Below, piece by piece: positions 1-12,183 of a DNA stretch of 62,000 nt. Position numbers and translations under genes: made by a program. Positions within the stretch are counted from its first letter, which is position 1, and every line of letters begins with the position of its first letter. The DNA is taken from NCBI RefSeq assembly GCF_004010195.1, contig NC_057750.1, positions 16,369,241-16,431,240 on the forward strand. The letters run 5' to 3'. This DNA comes from Chiloscyllium plagiosum (Eukaryota). The notes beneath the pieces were generated by a model, which worked only from the letters and a program-made list of their open reading frames with translations, was not told the DNA's origin and made no database searches.

Positions 1-1252
1 ATAAAATTCAAGGCCAATGGCTCTGCAATCTCCTCCCTTGCTTCCCAGAGAATCCTAGGATAAATGCCATCAGGCCCAGGGGACTTATCTATTTTCACCT
101 TTTTCAGGATTTCCAACACCTCTTCTCTACTTACCTCAAAGCCATCCATTCTACTTAATTGTGTCTCAGTACTCACATTGACAACAATGTCCTGTTCCTG
201 ATTGAATACTGACGAAAAGTATTCATTCAGTGTCTCCGCAATCTCTTCTGCCTCCACACGCAACTTCCCCCTACTATCCTTGACTGGACCTATTCCTACC
301 CTAGTCATTCTTTTATTCCTTACATACCTATAGAAAGCCTTAGGGTTTTCCCTAATCCTATCTACTAAGGACCTTTCATGTGCCCTCCTTGCTGCTTTTA
401 GCTCTCTCTTCAGGTCCTTCCTGGCTACCCTATAACTCTCAATCGCCCCAATTGTACCTTCACGTCTCATCTTGAGATAGGCCGCCCTCTTCCATTTAAC
501 AAGGGATTCCAATTCCTTATTAAACCACGGCTCCCTCGCACGACCCTTTCCTTCCTGCCTGACAGGTACATAATTATCAAGGACACTCAATAGTTGCTCC
601 TTGAACAATCTCCACATATCATTTACACTCTTGCCTTGGAGTCTACTTTACCAAGCCACATATCCTAAGTCATGCCTCACCGCATCATAATTTCCCTGAC
701 CCCAGGTTTAACTCTTGCCCTGTAGTACACACTTATCCCTCTCCATCATGAGAGTAAAAATCACCGAATTATGGTCACTATCCCCAAAGTGCTCACCTAC
801 CTTTAATTCTAACACCTGGCCTGGTTCGTTACCCAGAACCAAATCCAGTATGGCCTCACCTCTTGTTGGCCTGTCTACATATTGTGTCAGGAAACTCTCC
901 TGCACACATTGAACAAACACTGACCCGTCTAACGAACTTGAGCTATAGCTTTCCCAATCAATATCAGGAAAGTTAACGTCCCCCATAACAACCACCCTAT
1001 TATTGTCACTCATCTCCTGAATCACCTTCCCTATCCTTTCTTCAATGATTCTAGGACTATTAGGAGGCCTGTAAAAGACTCCTAACAGGGTGACCTCACC
1101 TTTCCTATTCCTAACCTCAGCCCAAACTACCTCAGATGGCGAGTCTTCATCCATCGTCCTTTCCACCGCTGTAATACGATCTTTGACAAGCAATGCCACA
1201 CCTCCCCCTCTTTTACCCCCACCTCTGACCCTACTAAAACATTTAAACCCTG
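1..1252 (-). mobile_element. CR1-clade LINE fragment, ORF2 endonuclease region (in-frame stops; runs off window start)
   Basis: ORF 708-1199 has APE-endonuclease motifs GVFYRPPNS, VVVMGDVNFP, PTRGEAILDLVLGN, HFGDSDHN; the frame continues towards base 1 through stops. Confidence 0.92.
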
Positions 1253-1254
1253 GT

Positions 1255-2290
1255 AAATCTTTTCTGAACCTTTTCCAATTTAATAATATCCTTTCTGTAA
1301 GCCAGGTGACCAGACTCGAAAAGTGGCTTCATCAACGTTCTCTTTCAACCTTGAACATTTATCTATTTTTAAGCCTGCCAGGCCACTCAGAACCTCCTCT
1401 TTGTCGATGCTAACTTCTTTAAGTATATCACAGTCCTTTTCCCTGATTTCTATACCCACAGCGTTCCTCTCATTAATGAACATTGACTCGAAGCATTAAT
1501 TTAGAACTTTTACCTGTGTCTTCTGGCTACATGCAAAAATTATCACTGGTCCTCAATTGGCGCTATGCTTTCCCTTGTTATCCTTTTACCCTTAATGTAC
1601 TTGGGAGTTTCCTTTATTTTACCTGCCATTATTCTTCTTTGTCCCACATTTGCTCTCCTGATTTACTTTTTGTTTTTTTATGTCTTTTCCCTTGCACATT
1701 GTTTCCTCCTCTTAGCTTCTGCTATTTTGAGCCCTCAATATCTGCCTAAGCCTCCCTTTTTCTCTTTATCCAAACCTGTATGTCCTTGGTATCCAGGGAT
1801 CCGAGGGTTTGTTGGTTCTATCCTTTATCTTTATTGGTACATACTGATCCTGTACAGTATTTCCTTCTTGAACTTGTATTGGGTTTCAGTCCTTTCTGGC
1901 CAAATCATATCTGATTTGATTAAAATCAGCCCCCTCCCCGCGCGTGGATGCACGTGCACACACAGTTTAAAACTTTGGTTACATGCCCATCCTTGTCCTT
2001 CTCCATAATGATCTTGAACCTAGTGGAATCATGATCACTGTCTACAAAATGCTCCCCCATTGATATTTCAGCCACATTCCTGGCTTCATTACCTGAAGTT
2101 AAGTCAAGAATTACTGCGTGGTCTTCTATGTACTGGCTTAAAAAGCTCTAATGGGTGCATTTTAAGAATTCTGCCCCCTCGAAACCTTTCATAGTTCATT
2201 CTAGTTAGGGCTGGGGAGGTTGAAATTCCCAACTATCACTACCGTATTACTTTTGCACTTTTCAGAAATTTGCCTAGAAACCTGCTGTCT
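1255..2290 (-). mobile_element. Older, decayed CR1 ORF2 fragment
   Basis: ORF 1280-1483 IDKEEVLSGLAGLKIDK resembles the CR1 EN-RT linker; the rest resembles decayed endonuclease sequence. Confidence 0.75.
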
Positions 2291-2343
2291 ATTTCTCTTG
2301 GGTTGTTAGTTGACATACAGTGGTTGACAAACATTCACAAGAG

Positions 2344-3330
2344 TCATAGAGCACGTAAACAGACCTTTTGGTCTAACTCCTCCATGCCATCCCAGACTAA
2401 ATAGTCCCATTTGCCTGCATGTAGCCTGTATCCTTTAAAACCTTCATGGACCAGTCCAAATGTCTTGTAAACTGTGCTTGCATCTATCATGGGTGGCACT
2501 GCTGCCTCACAGCACCATGGAACTGGGTTCAATTCCATTCTCAAGTGACTGTGTGGGGTTTCTGCTTGGGTTTCCTCCCACAGTCCAAAGATGTACAGTT
2601 TGGGTGGATTCACTTTGCTAAATTGCCCCATAGTGTCTAGGAATGTGTAGGTTAAATGGATTAGCACTGGTAAAATGCAGCATTATGGGAACGCGAGGGT
2701 GGGTCTGGGTGAAATATCCCTGTGGACTCATGTTTCTACTTTCTCTGGTAGTTCATTCCATATATGCACCACCGTGTGTGAAAATGTTGCCCCTCAGATT
2801 CTTTTTAAATCTTTCCCCTCTCTTCTTAAATTATGCCCTCCAGTTTTGAACACCCCTACTCTAGGGAAAAGACCTTCGCTATTTACATTACCTTTGCCTC
2901 TTATGATTTTGTAAACCTGTATAAGGTCACCTGTCGACCTCCTATGCCCCAAGTAAAAAGTCCCAGTCTCTCATAATTCGAACCTTCAAGTCCTGGTAAT
3001 ATTCTTATAAATCTTTTCTACACCCTTTCCAATTTAATAATATCCTCCCTTTAGCAGGGCGACTAGAACTGTGTGCAGTCCTCCAAATATGGCCTCATCA
3101 ATGCTCTACATAGCCACAACAGGCAACATATCAGCCTGGAGTCTTTTGCAGCTGCAGAAATATCTGTTTATCCCCCTACAGCTGAATCCCCTGCTGTTCC
3201 TCTTCCTACCCTTTTGTAAAGCAGACTCATGCAAGGTGCCATTAAGTTGGCTACCATTGCTTTCACCTGTACAGTCATGTACCCAACAATGTCCAAAGTG
3301 GTATAACAACCCGGTAAATTGATTATTTCT
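2344..3330 (-). mobile_element. CR1 3' fragment plus ORF1 piece, interrupted by a SINE
   Basis: Tail similar to the other CR1 3' ends in the window (e.g. 33878-34300); 3120-3330 resembles CR1 ORF1. Confidence 0.7.
2491..2730 (+). mobile_element. Degenerate HE1/V-SINE
   Basis: gcactgctgcctcacagc...ggtttcctcccacagtccaaagatgt...gctaaattgccc matches the young copies at 18275 and 58001. Confidence 0.85.
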
Positions 3331-4369
3331 AGCGATTCTTTGGTTGATGGACTATTATTGGCCAAAAGCCAGAGGCGAGTTTCCCTACTCTTCATTCAAA
3401 ACAGTGCCATGGAACATTTTTGTTTCCTTTTTTTACCATAAGCTTGTCAGCTCATGAATATTTAAGTCGAAGGACAAGAAAGGGTTGAAAGGGTTACATT
3501 ACCATACCAGAATGCATTGACTTGGCTTAGCTTGTCCATTTTTTTTAAATCAACCTGTTCAGGCATGCTATGACACACTTCCAGAGTAGATGGTACTTGA
3601 ATCTCAACCTTCAGGCCCAGAGATTTGGAACACCACACAGCAATAATGAACCCTTAGACTTGGCTTGTATTCTGTCAAGAAGACCAAGGGCTCATCAAAT
3701 TGAGGTGTTTGAGATGATTAGCTATGTCAGTTGGGTAGACAGAGAATCTAATTCCTATGAAGAAGTCATACAGTACCCAAAAGGTTAACTGCTTTCTCCC
3801 CACAGATGCTGCCAGACCTGTTGAGTTTATCCAGCATTCTGTGTTTGTTGCTAATTCCTTGTTGGGGAGGGGCAGAACAAAGGAATTGGACCGTAAACAA
3901 AGGCTAGACCGTTCAGAGGTGATATTGGAAACGCTCCTTCACAAATCAATTATTAGAAATTGGAAACTTCCTTTGATGAAAATCTTTTAACACTTGATCA
4001 AATTAAAATGTCAAAACTAAGATTGATAGATTTTTGGTAGGCAAAGATATTAAGTGATCTAAAATCAAGGTAGGAAAATTGAGTTAAGATATAGATTAAC
4101 CACAAGCAAAATGATCTGCTTCTGTTCCCATGTAACAACCTTGAAGGTTATTAAGAAGCAATGATTAGATGATGCACAACTGACATGTTAAAAGCCTTTT
4201 GGACAAAGTTTAAGGGTTAAATATTCGTAGCATATATTACTGCCAATAAGACTTGTGACTAAATTAATTACTACCATCGAAATTGCACAGGATTTTTCTC
4301 TCTTCACCATTATAAAGAACTGCAACGATCAGCATTCTAGCAACATAGCTATATTCAGCTCTCCTACAG

Positions 4370-4469
4370 GAAGTTCAAGGCTAAATCCAGACTTGATGAG
4401 AATATCAAACCCTCTCCTGAGCTACAAGAAGCAGAACAGGAAATGGGAAGTGAAGCCAAGCAGCAGTGA
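4370..4469 (+). CDS. Candidate terminal coding exon of an unidentified host gene
   Basis: Acceptor ttcagctctcctacAG at 4368-69; non-repeat, purine-rich; reads KFKAKSRLDENIKPSPELQEAEQEMGSEAKQQ* (an alternative frame is open to 4473); AATAAA near 4701. Confidence 0.3.
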
Positions 4470-5094
4470 ATGATGGACAGGGCCCCCAGCACTTCACCTC
4501 TAACTAACAATTGTCTGAGTCTCTAACTGTGCTTCTGACCACATTGCTTCTAGTGTTCAGATGAGGCATGTTGCACCTAGGGGGCTGGTGCCTGTCAGAC
4601 TCTGTCAGACTTTCTCCTTGAGCACACTCAAGCTGGTAACTTTGGAACATGCAGTTATTTCACATATCAGCTGTTACCTAGATCTTGATAACACTGCTTT
4701 AATAAAATGAACAGCAATACATATCGAGCGTTTGCAAGTCAGAGGAATTACCCTAGTGGGTGCTGTTAAATGCTATTTGATTGTGGAAAATATAACCTTC
4801 TGTCCAAGCTAGGATTGTACAATTGGTTTTGTCAATGTGGAGTCACTCCATTCCTATGAATTAACCATTGTGTCCTCACTGATTTTCTCATCAGCCAAAG
4901 CAAGAAGGTAAAAAAGACATGCATTTATATAACATTTTTCATGACCATCTGACATTTCAAAGCACTTTACAACCAAATGGTGTACTTTTTGAAGTGTACG
5001 CTCTGTTGGAATATGAGAAATAAATTTGTGCACAGCAAGATCCCACAAACAGCAAAATGACTGCTAATGATCAGATCATCTGTTTCTTTTGTGA

Positions 5095-5250
5095 AATAAA
5101 ACAAAGTACTGGAGAAACTTAATAGGATTCTACTGGACTCGAAATGTTAAGTCTGTTTCTCTCTCTATAGATGCTCCCAGACCTGCTGAGTTTCCTCGGC
5201 AGTTACTGTTTTTATTTCAGTTTTCCAGCATCTGCTATATTTTGCTCTTA
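5095..5250. mobile_element. Short PLE pLTR-derived insertion (family C/D), decayed
   Basis: gactcgaaatgttaa...agatgctcccagacctgctgag...ccagcatctgc is shared with 22397 and 50686. Confidence 0.65.
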
Positions 5251-5269
5251 TTTGTTTTTGTGATGTGAT

Positions 5270-5500
5270 AGATATTAGCTAGAACACCCAGCTCTCCTTC
5301 AAGTAATGCCCCAGAGTGGTTTGCACGCACACAACGGCTTAACGTTTCTACTGAAAGACAGTGGCTCCAACTCTGCAGCAGTCCCTCAGTACAGGACTGA
5401 AGTGTCAGCATGGGATTTTCTACTCAAAACCTGGAGTGGTGTTTAAACTCAGAATTTTATAACTCAAGCAAATGTGCTACTGACTGACACTAAGGCCCTT
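5270..5500 (-). mobile_element. DeuSINE-like (SacSINE1/AmnSINE1-type) relic
   Basis: ggcttaacgtttctactgaaagacagtggctccaactctgcagcagtccctcagtac resembles the Deu-domain as I recall it; similar relics near 20040, 38560 and 46440. Confidence 0.6.
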
Positions 5501-6224
5501 GTTACTTCAGCATAACGCCTCCATTTTAACAACAGCTTTGGGCAACCAGCCAGAGAAAGCCAAGTGGATGGTAGCAGAACAGTCAGAAAGGCCACGGTCA
5601 AGGTGTAGTTGTTAACACAGAGAAGCTGTACTTCCTCATCAGTCCTTGTGCTCGGGACAAAAGTCCAACAGAACCTGACAAGGCCTCTCGGTACAACATG
5701 CCTCATCTGATGTAACTCCTGCAGATTTCAGACAGGAGGCAAGCGTCAAATTTTCCAATTAGGTTGAGCAGTCAAAGTTACACAGTCTTTGTTCTGTATG
5801 TTGCCATCTACTGAAGCTTCCCTTGTGTATTAATCTCCTACCATTCCCAAAACAATTCCAAGTTTTCACTGATGTTGCCTAAGTCAATACCCAGTATGAA
5901 GGGATAATATTTTATTGTTGGCAAATGCATGTTACATAGATTGGGTAAATTGGCTGCAGTTGCTGATACCAATTTTCTACTTGAACTATCAGTACATCAA
6001 GAACAATAGTTTTTCTTGATATTTTTGTTTCCTCTCATGGGATGTGTTGCCTATCTCTAATTGCCTTTGAAATGAGTGTCTTGTTCGGCCACTTAAGAAG
6101 GTCAGTTAATAGTCAACCACATTGCTGATGTGGTGTCACATGTAGGCCAGAGCAGTTAAGGATGATGGAAGGAATATTTCCTTCCCTGAAGAATATTAGT
6201 GAACCAGAGTAAAACTTCCTAAAG

Positions 6225-6470
6225 AATCATAGGATCCCTAGAGTGTGGAAGCAGGCCATTTGTGTCCACACCAACCCTCCAAAGAGCATCCCATCCATAC
6301 TCACTCCTCTATATTTCCCATGACTAATCCACCTAGTCTGCACATCTTTGGAATGTGGGAGGAAACCCAAACACCCAGACGAAATGCAAGCAGACACGAG
6401 GAGAATGCAAACTCCACACAGTCAATTGAACCTGGGTTCCTGGTTCTTTGAAGCACCAGTGTGCCACCCC
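6225..6470 (-). mobile_element. HE1/V-SINE, degenerate
   Basis: ORF 6348 ECGRKPKHPDEMQADTRRM is the antisense translation pattern also seen for the 18275 SINE. Confidence 0.8.
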
Positions 6471-7315
6471 AACTTTCACAGGAGTAATTATCAAACAAAA
6501 CATAACATCAAGTCACAGAAGGAGACATTTGAACAGATGACCTAAAGCTTGTCAAAAGCATTTTAAAGAGCGCCTCAAGAGAGAAGAGACATGGAGTGTT
6601 TGAGGGGGGTTAATGCCATAGTGTGGGGCTTAGGCAGTATTAAATATTGTCAAGAGTGGGACAAAGGAAGTCAGGGATATGCAGAAAAGGGTCCAGAGAA
6701 AGAAGAAGATAAGACCAAAGAAGAATTTCCAACAGTTTGAAAAATGGGGCCATTGTCAGATTGCATGGCATAGGGAGTAGCATGAAGAAAACGATGTAAA
6801 CGAGGACGAGGGCAGCAGTGTTTGAATGAGATTAAGGATGAGAGGTCAACCAGTAAGTCATGGAATAATCAAGTTTGGGAGGGTGAGGAGAGAAGAGGGG
6901 AAAATAAACAAGACAAAGAAAACAATCATTGCAAGATGGTCTTTTGGGGTAGCTGTGATCAACACTTGATAGCAGGAGAGAGAACATAAACAAGCCCATA
7001 CCCACCATTTGAATCTAAATAACTGCGAGCATTTCTGATTTTGTTTCATATTTTGGTGGAGAATATCTGGTGTAACACCACAGGGAGATTGAATTTGAGC
7101 CAAGTTGCTTTGATATGAATGAAGAAACAGTGGTGAGCAGCAGTTTCTGGAGATCAACAGCAGGAAGTGACTGGCAGCCTCTGCTCACTGGGGTTAATGA
7201 ATGTGACAGGCAGTAGTGTCAGACGTTCATTCAGCCCGACAATCAGTTTGTTACTGTATGCATCAAAGCGTTGACCGCTCTTGGTTCAAGGGCAGCCGTT
7301 TCCTTTAATTGTCAG

Positions 7316-7357
7316 GAGACACTATATGCAATCAGCATGGTGCTCGCAGCAGGCAAG
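7316..7357 (+). CDS. Candidate 42-nt exon, or the end of a first exon with ATG at 7337 (MVLAAGK...)
   Basis: ttcctttaattgtcAG acceptor, strong AAG|GTATGT donor at 7358; open in all three frames; sits in a non-repeat island (about 7130-7360). Confidence 0.3.
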
Positions 7358-7956
7358 GTATGTTTTGTAGACAGCATCTTCCAAAATATGAATTGAGGGT
7401 TTTTTTTTATGGCACTTTGTTCAGAGAGATTTGCTTATTGAATTTGAAGAATCCTGTTTGTACCTTCTTCGCATGTTTACAGTTAATACCAGAAAACTTT
7501 ATTCTTCAGTCTTTATTTTCCCACAAACACCAGCTGTTCTCTGGCACCTTCCTAATAGCATGATTCTGCTAACCTCCTTATTGGATAGATTCGGCATGTT
7601 GGCAGCCGGTTCTATACAGCTAGCACCCACAGGTAGCAAATGAACAAAAGAATGAATGCCGGGTTAAGTCTGCTTTTGGTAGTGGTAATTACAGAAGGGA
7701 TGTTGTGCTCCACAAAACAGTTTTAAGGCATGCTTTAGAGGAGGAGGGAGAGAGATGGAGAGGCTTAGGGACAGGTATTCCAGAGCTTAGGGCTTGAACG
7801 GCTGAGACTACAGCTACCAAGTGCGGGTTAAATGAAACTGTCAATACACAGGAGACTAAAATTGGAAGAACACTGACACCATGGAGAGTTGTAGGAGTGA
7901 AGGAGGAAACAAAGGTAGAAAAACCATTGAGAGATTTGCTTTCAAGGATGAGAATG

Positions 7957-8147
7957 ATTTAGAGGTGCCAGTGTTGGACTGGGGTGTACAAAGTTAAAAA
8001 TCAGTCAACATCAGGTTATAGTCCAACAGGATTATTTGCAAGCATTAGCTTTCAAAGCGCTGCACCTTCATCAAGTGGTTCAGTGCTCTGAAAGCTAGTG
8101 TTTCCAAATAAACGTGTTGGATTATAACCTGCTGTTGTGTGATTTTT
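7957..8147. mobile_element. PLE pLTR-derived inverted mini-element, family B
   Basis: TSD AAGGATGAGAATG at 7944-56 and 8148-60; inverted arms; decayed hammerhead on the minus strand at about 8043-8077. Confidence 0.85.
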
Positions 8148-10097
8148 AAGGATGAGAATGTTTTTGAGAGATTGCTGGCATGGGAACCAGGAGATCATCA
8201 AGTGCAGACAATCCGGGTGAATCGTGCAAGTTGGGAGACGGGCAGCAGAGTTGCAAGTTGAAGTCGACAAAGGATTTAACATGGGAGTGCACACAGAAGT
8301 GACATTGGAATAGTGGAATCTGAAGGAGAGTGGAAAAATAAAATGTGTAGACTGAAAAATAGGTTATTGGATAACTTCATTGCTTTTAGTCATACATTTA
8401 TGGGGATTGTTTATATTGAACCAAACAGGCAGATGTGGCCTTATTTGATATTTCATGTAATGCTAGTGGAGGTTGTGTGATCGAAATTATTATGTGACTA
8501 ATAAAATGGAAAAGAAATATAACTAAATGGAGAGAGGACCTGGTAACATTTTGCAGGTTGTCTGATCCACCATTTCACTAAAATGTCACGTGTAAAATGA
8601 TGCTTAAAATTCAAAGGTTTTTAACACATAATTAAAAGTTTCAGATTATTTAATTCAGTATTGGCAGCTTCCTAAGATGTTCCACCAGAGGAACATAAGA
8701 TGATGGAATAATGCCAAGAAATGGGAAGTGACCCATTTCTTCTGAAGATATCTGTAGGTTCATGTCATTCAAATAAAAAGATCTCATGAAGTATTTGAAC
8801 ATTGCATGTAAACCTTACTGCTTCATTTGTAAGAATCTGTGAAACATGCATTTTGCAAATAATGCAGAGCACAGGAATTGGATGTGATATCCAGCTGGTC
8901 CACACTGGTGTTCTCACAAGCCTTCTTCCACTCTACTTAATCTAAGCCTTTCACCATTCACATCTAATCCTACTACCTCACATATTTAGGAGGTGTTCCC
9001 TTAAATTCGTTCTATGCCATTCACCTCAACTATTCTCCAAACTAGCTGTGGGAAGACAATGGCATAAGGCCATAAGCCGCAGGAATAGCAGTAAGCCATT
9101 TGCCCCAATGAGTCTGCTGTACCATTCAATTAGATCATGTCTGATCTGGTAATTCTCAATTCCACATTTTTGCCTTATCCCCACTTATGCTTAATTACAT
9201 TTCTGATCAAAAATCTGTCTATCTCAACCTGGCCATACTTAACAATTTGACCTTGACAGCTGTTTGTGGTCAAGAATACCACAGAGTCACTGTTCTCTGG
9301 GAAGAAATTCTTCCTCATCTCAGTTTTAAAAGGGTGATTCTTTACTCTGAGATGTTGCTGTCTGGTCTTAGACTCTCCCACAAAGGGAAACAGCCTTTCA
9401 GCATCTAATCTGTCAAGTCCCTTAAGAATCTTACATGTTTCAATAATGTATCTTGTTCTTATTAACTCCAATAAGTACAGCCCCAACCTAATCAACCTCT
9501 TGCCATGAGAAAATCCCTCCATCAATCTAGTGAATCTTCTTTGGATTGCCTCTAATACCAGATTATCTTTCCTTAGATTTTGAGATCCAGAAGTGTTCAC
9601 AGTATTCCAGGTTTGATTTAACAAGTGTCTTGTCTAGTTTTAGCATGATCTCACCACTTACAGTATAGACTTCACTTTAAAATAATGACCACTAGCCTTC
9701 CCTAATACCCACTGAACTTGAATGCTAGCTTTTTGTCATTCATGCACTAGGGCCCCCAAATCCCTCTGTGTAACAGCTTTCCAAAATCTTTCCTCATTTA
9801 AATAATATTCAGCTTCTACATTCTTCCTGTCAAAGTGCATGACCTTACATTTTCCCACATTATATTCCAGCTGCCAAGGTTATTGCCCAATCATTTAACC
9901 TATCTCCATCCCTCTGTGGACTCCTTGTGTCATCATCCTTACCTGCCTTTCATCTATTTTGTGTTATTCACAAATTTAGTAAAAGCACATCCACTCCGTC
10001 ATCCATGTCATTAATATATATTGTAAATAATTGTGGCCCCAGCACTGACCCACATGACACTCTACTAGTTAATAGTTGCCATTCTGAAAATGCCCCC

Positions 10098-12183
10098 GGT
10101 ACCCACAGCAGAGATTCATCCTGAGGAAAAAGAAGCAGGGAGGATGAGACAATCACAGCTGACTAGGCAAGTTAGGGATAGCATAAAAGCAAAAGAGAAA
10201 GCACGTAATGTGACGAAGGGCAGTGGGAAACTAAAGGATTGGGAAGTTTACAGAGGGCAACAAAAAAAAAGATTAAGTATGAGGGCAAGCTAGCCAGTAA
10301 TATAAAGGAAGACTGTAAGATTTTCTTTAAATATATAAAGGGTAAAAAAAAGGCAAAAGTGGACACTGGGTCGCTGGAAAATGACGCTGGGGAGAAAGTC
10401 GTGGGGAACAAGGAAATGGCTGAGGAACTGAATAATTACTTCACGTCGGTCTTCATGGTGGAAGACACAAGTAAGATCCCAAAAATTCAAGAGATTGAGG
10501 GACACAGCTGAATATGGTGGCCATCACCAAGGAGAATGTGGTAGAAAAACTGAATGGCCTGAAGGTGGATAAATGACCTGGAACAGATGGACTACACCCC
10601 AGAGTTCTAGGGGAGATAGTTGAAGAGATTGTGGTGAACTTTCAGAAATCACTAGAATCAGAAAATCATTAACGTGACACCCCTGTTTTAAAAGGGAGTA
10701 AGACAAAAGATGGAAAATTAGTCTAATCTCAGTTGTGATTAGTCTAATCTCAGTTGTGGATGAAATCCTGGAATCCGTTGTGAAGGATGAGGTTTCCGAA
10801 TACTTGGAAGTGTATGGTAAAATAGGGCATGGTTTCATCAAAGGTAAGTCATGCCTGACAAATCTTCTAGAATTCTTTGAGGAACTAATGAGCAGGTTAG
10901 ACCAAGGAGAGTCAAAGGATGTTATCTACCTGGACTTCAAGAAGACCTTTGAAAAGGGGCTCCTGAGTAAGATAAGGGCCCATGGTGTTAGAGGCAAGGT
11001 GCTAGCATGGATAGAAGACTGGCCATCTGGCAGAAAGCAGAGAGTGGGGAGAAAAAGGTCCTTCTTAGGATGGTAGCCACTGACAAGTGGTGTCCCACAA
11101 AGCTCCATGTTGGGACCAAAACTTTTCACTTTATACATTAACAATCTAGATGAATAAACTGAGTGCATTCTGCAGATGATGCAAAGATAGGTAGAGGGAC
11201 AGGTAGCATTGAGGAGGCGGGGAGGCTGTAGAAGGGTTTGAAAATGTGTTGCTGGAAAAGCGCAGCAGGTCAGGCAGCGTCCAAGGAGAAGGAAAATCGA
11301 TGTTTTAAGCTCTGATCTCCAGCATCTGCAGTCCTCACTTTCTCCTTGCAGAAGGGTTTGGACAGGTTAGGAGAGTGGGCAAAGAAGTGGCAGATGGAGT
11401 ACAACGTGGGAAAGTGTGGGGTCATGCACTTTGGTAGGAAGAATAGAGGCATGGACTATTTTCGAAATGGGGAGAAAATTCAGAAGTCTGAAGTGCAAAG
11501 AGTTTTGGGAGTTCTACTCCAGGATTCTCTCAAGGTATACATGCAGGTTGAGTCAATAGTTAGGAAGGCAAATGCAATGATGGCATTTATTTTGAGAGTA
11601 CTTGAATACAAGAGCAGGGATGTACTTCTGAGGATCTATCAGGCTCTGGTCAGACCACATGTGAACTATCGTGCACAGATCTGGACCCCATGTCTCAGGA
11701 AGGATGTACTGCCTTAGAGTGTGTTTGAGGGAGGTTCACAAGAGTTGTCCCGGGAATGAAGAGACTCTGGTTCTAAACGTGTTGGAGGTTAGAAGGATGG
11801 GGGGGGGGAATCTAATTGAAACATACAAAATATTGAATGGCCTGGACAGAGTGGATGTTGGGAAGATGTTTCCATTGGTAAGAGAGACTGGGACCTGAGG
11901 GCATAGCTTTAGAGTAAAGGGAATACCTTTTAGAATAGAGATAAGGAGAAACTTCTTCAGGTAGAGAGTGGGGAATCTATGGAATTCATTGCCACAGGAG
12001 GCTGTGGAGGACAGGTCATTGAGTATATTTAAGACTGAGATAAGTTCTTGAATATCAAGGTGATCAAAGGTTCTTGGGAGAATGGGGTTGAGAAATGTAT
12101 CAGCCATAATTGAATGGCGGAGCAGACTCAATGGGCTGAATGGCCTAGTTTCTGCTCCTATATCTTATGATCTTATGGTCTTA
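10098..12183 (+). mobile_element. 5'-truncated CR1 LINE (RT region plus tail) nested in the opposite-strand CR1
   Basis: HGFIKGKSCLTNLLEFFEE, DVIYLDFKK, WAKKWQMEYNVGKCGVMHFG; tail tcttatgatcttatggtcttat. Confidence 0.92.
11241..11346. mobile_element. PLE mini-element, family A (hammerhead segment deleted)
   Basis: TSD TG(T/C)AGAAGGGTTTG at 11227-40 and 11347-60; gctggaaaagcgcagcaggtcaggcagc...cagcatctgcagtcctcactttctcc. Confidence 0.85.

Noticed and set aside
5464..5706. 80-aa minus-strand ORF with an upstream acceptor-like site
   Set aside because: No recognisable protein; runs into a SINE relic; no convincing donor.
7957..8147. Palindromic short elements interpreted as DNA-transposon MITEs
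   Set aside because: Variable arm ends, variable 10-15 bp TSDs, and (for families A and C) continuity with PLE coding sequence argue for retroelement origin.
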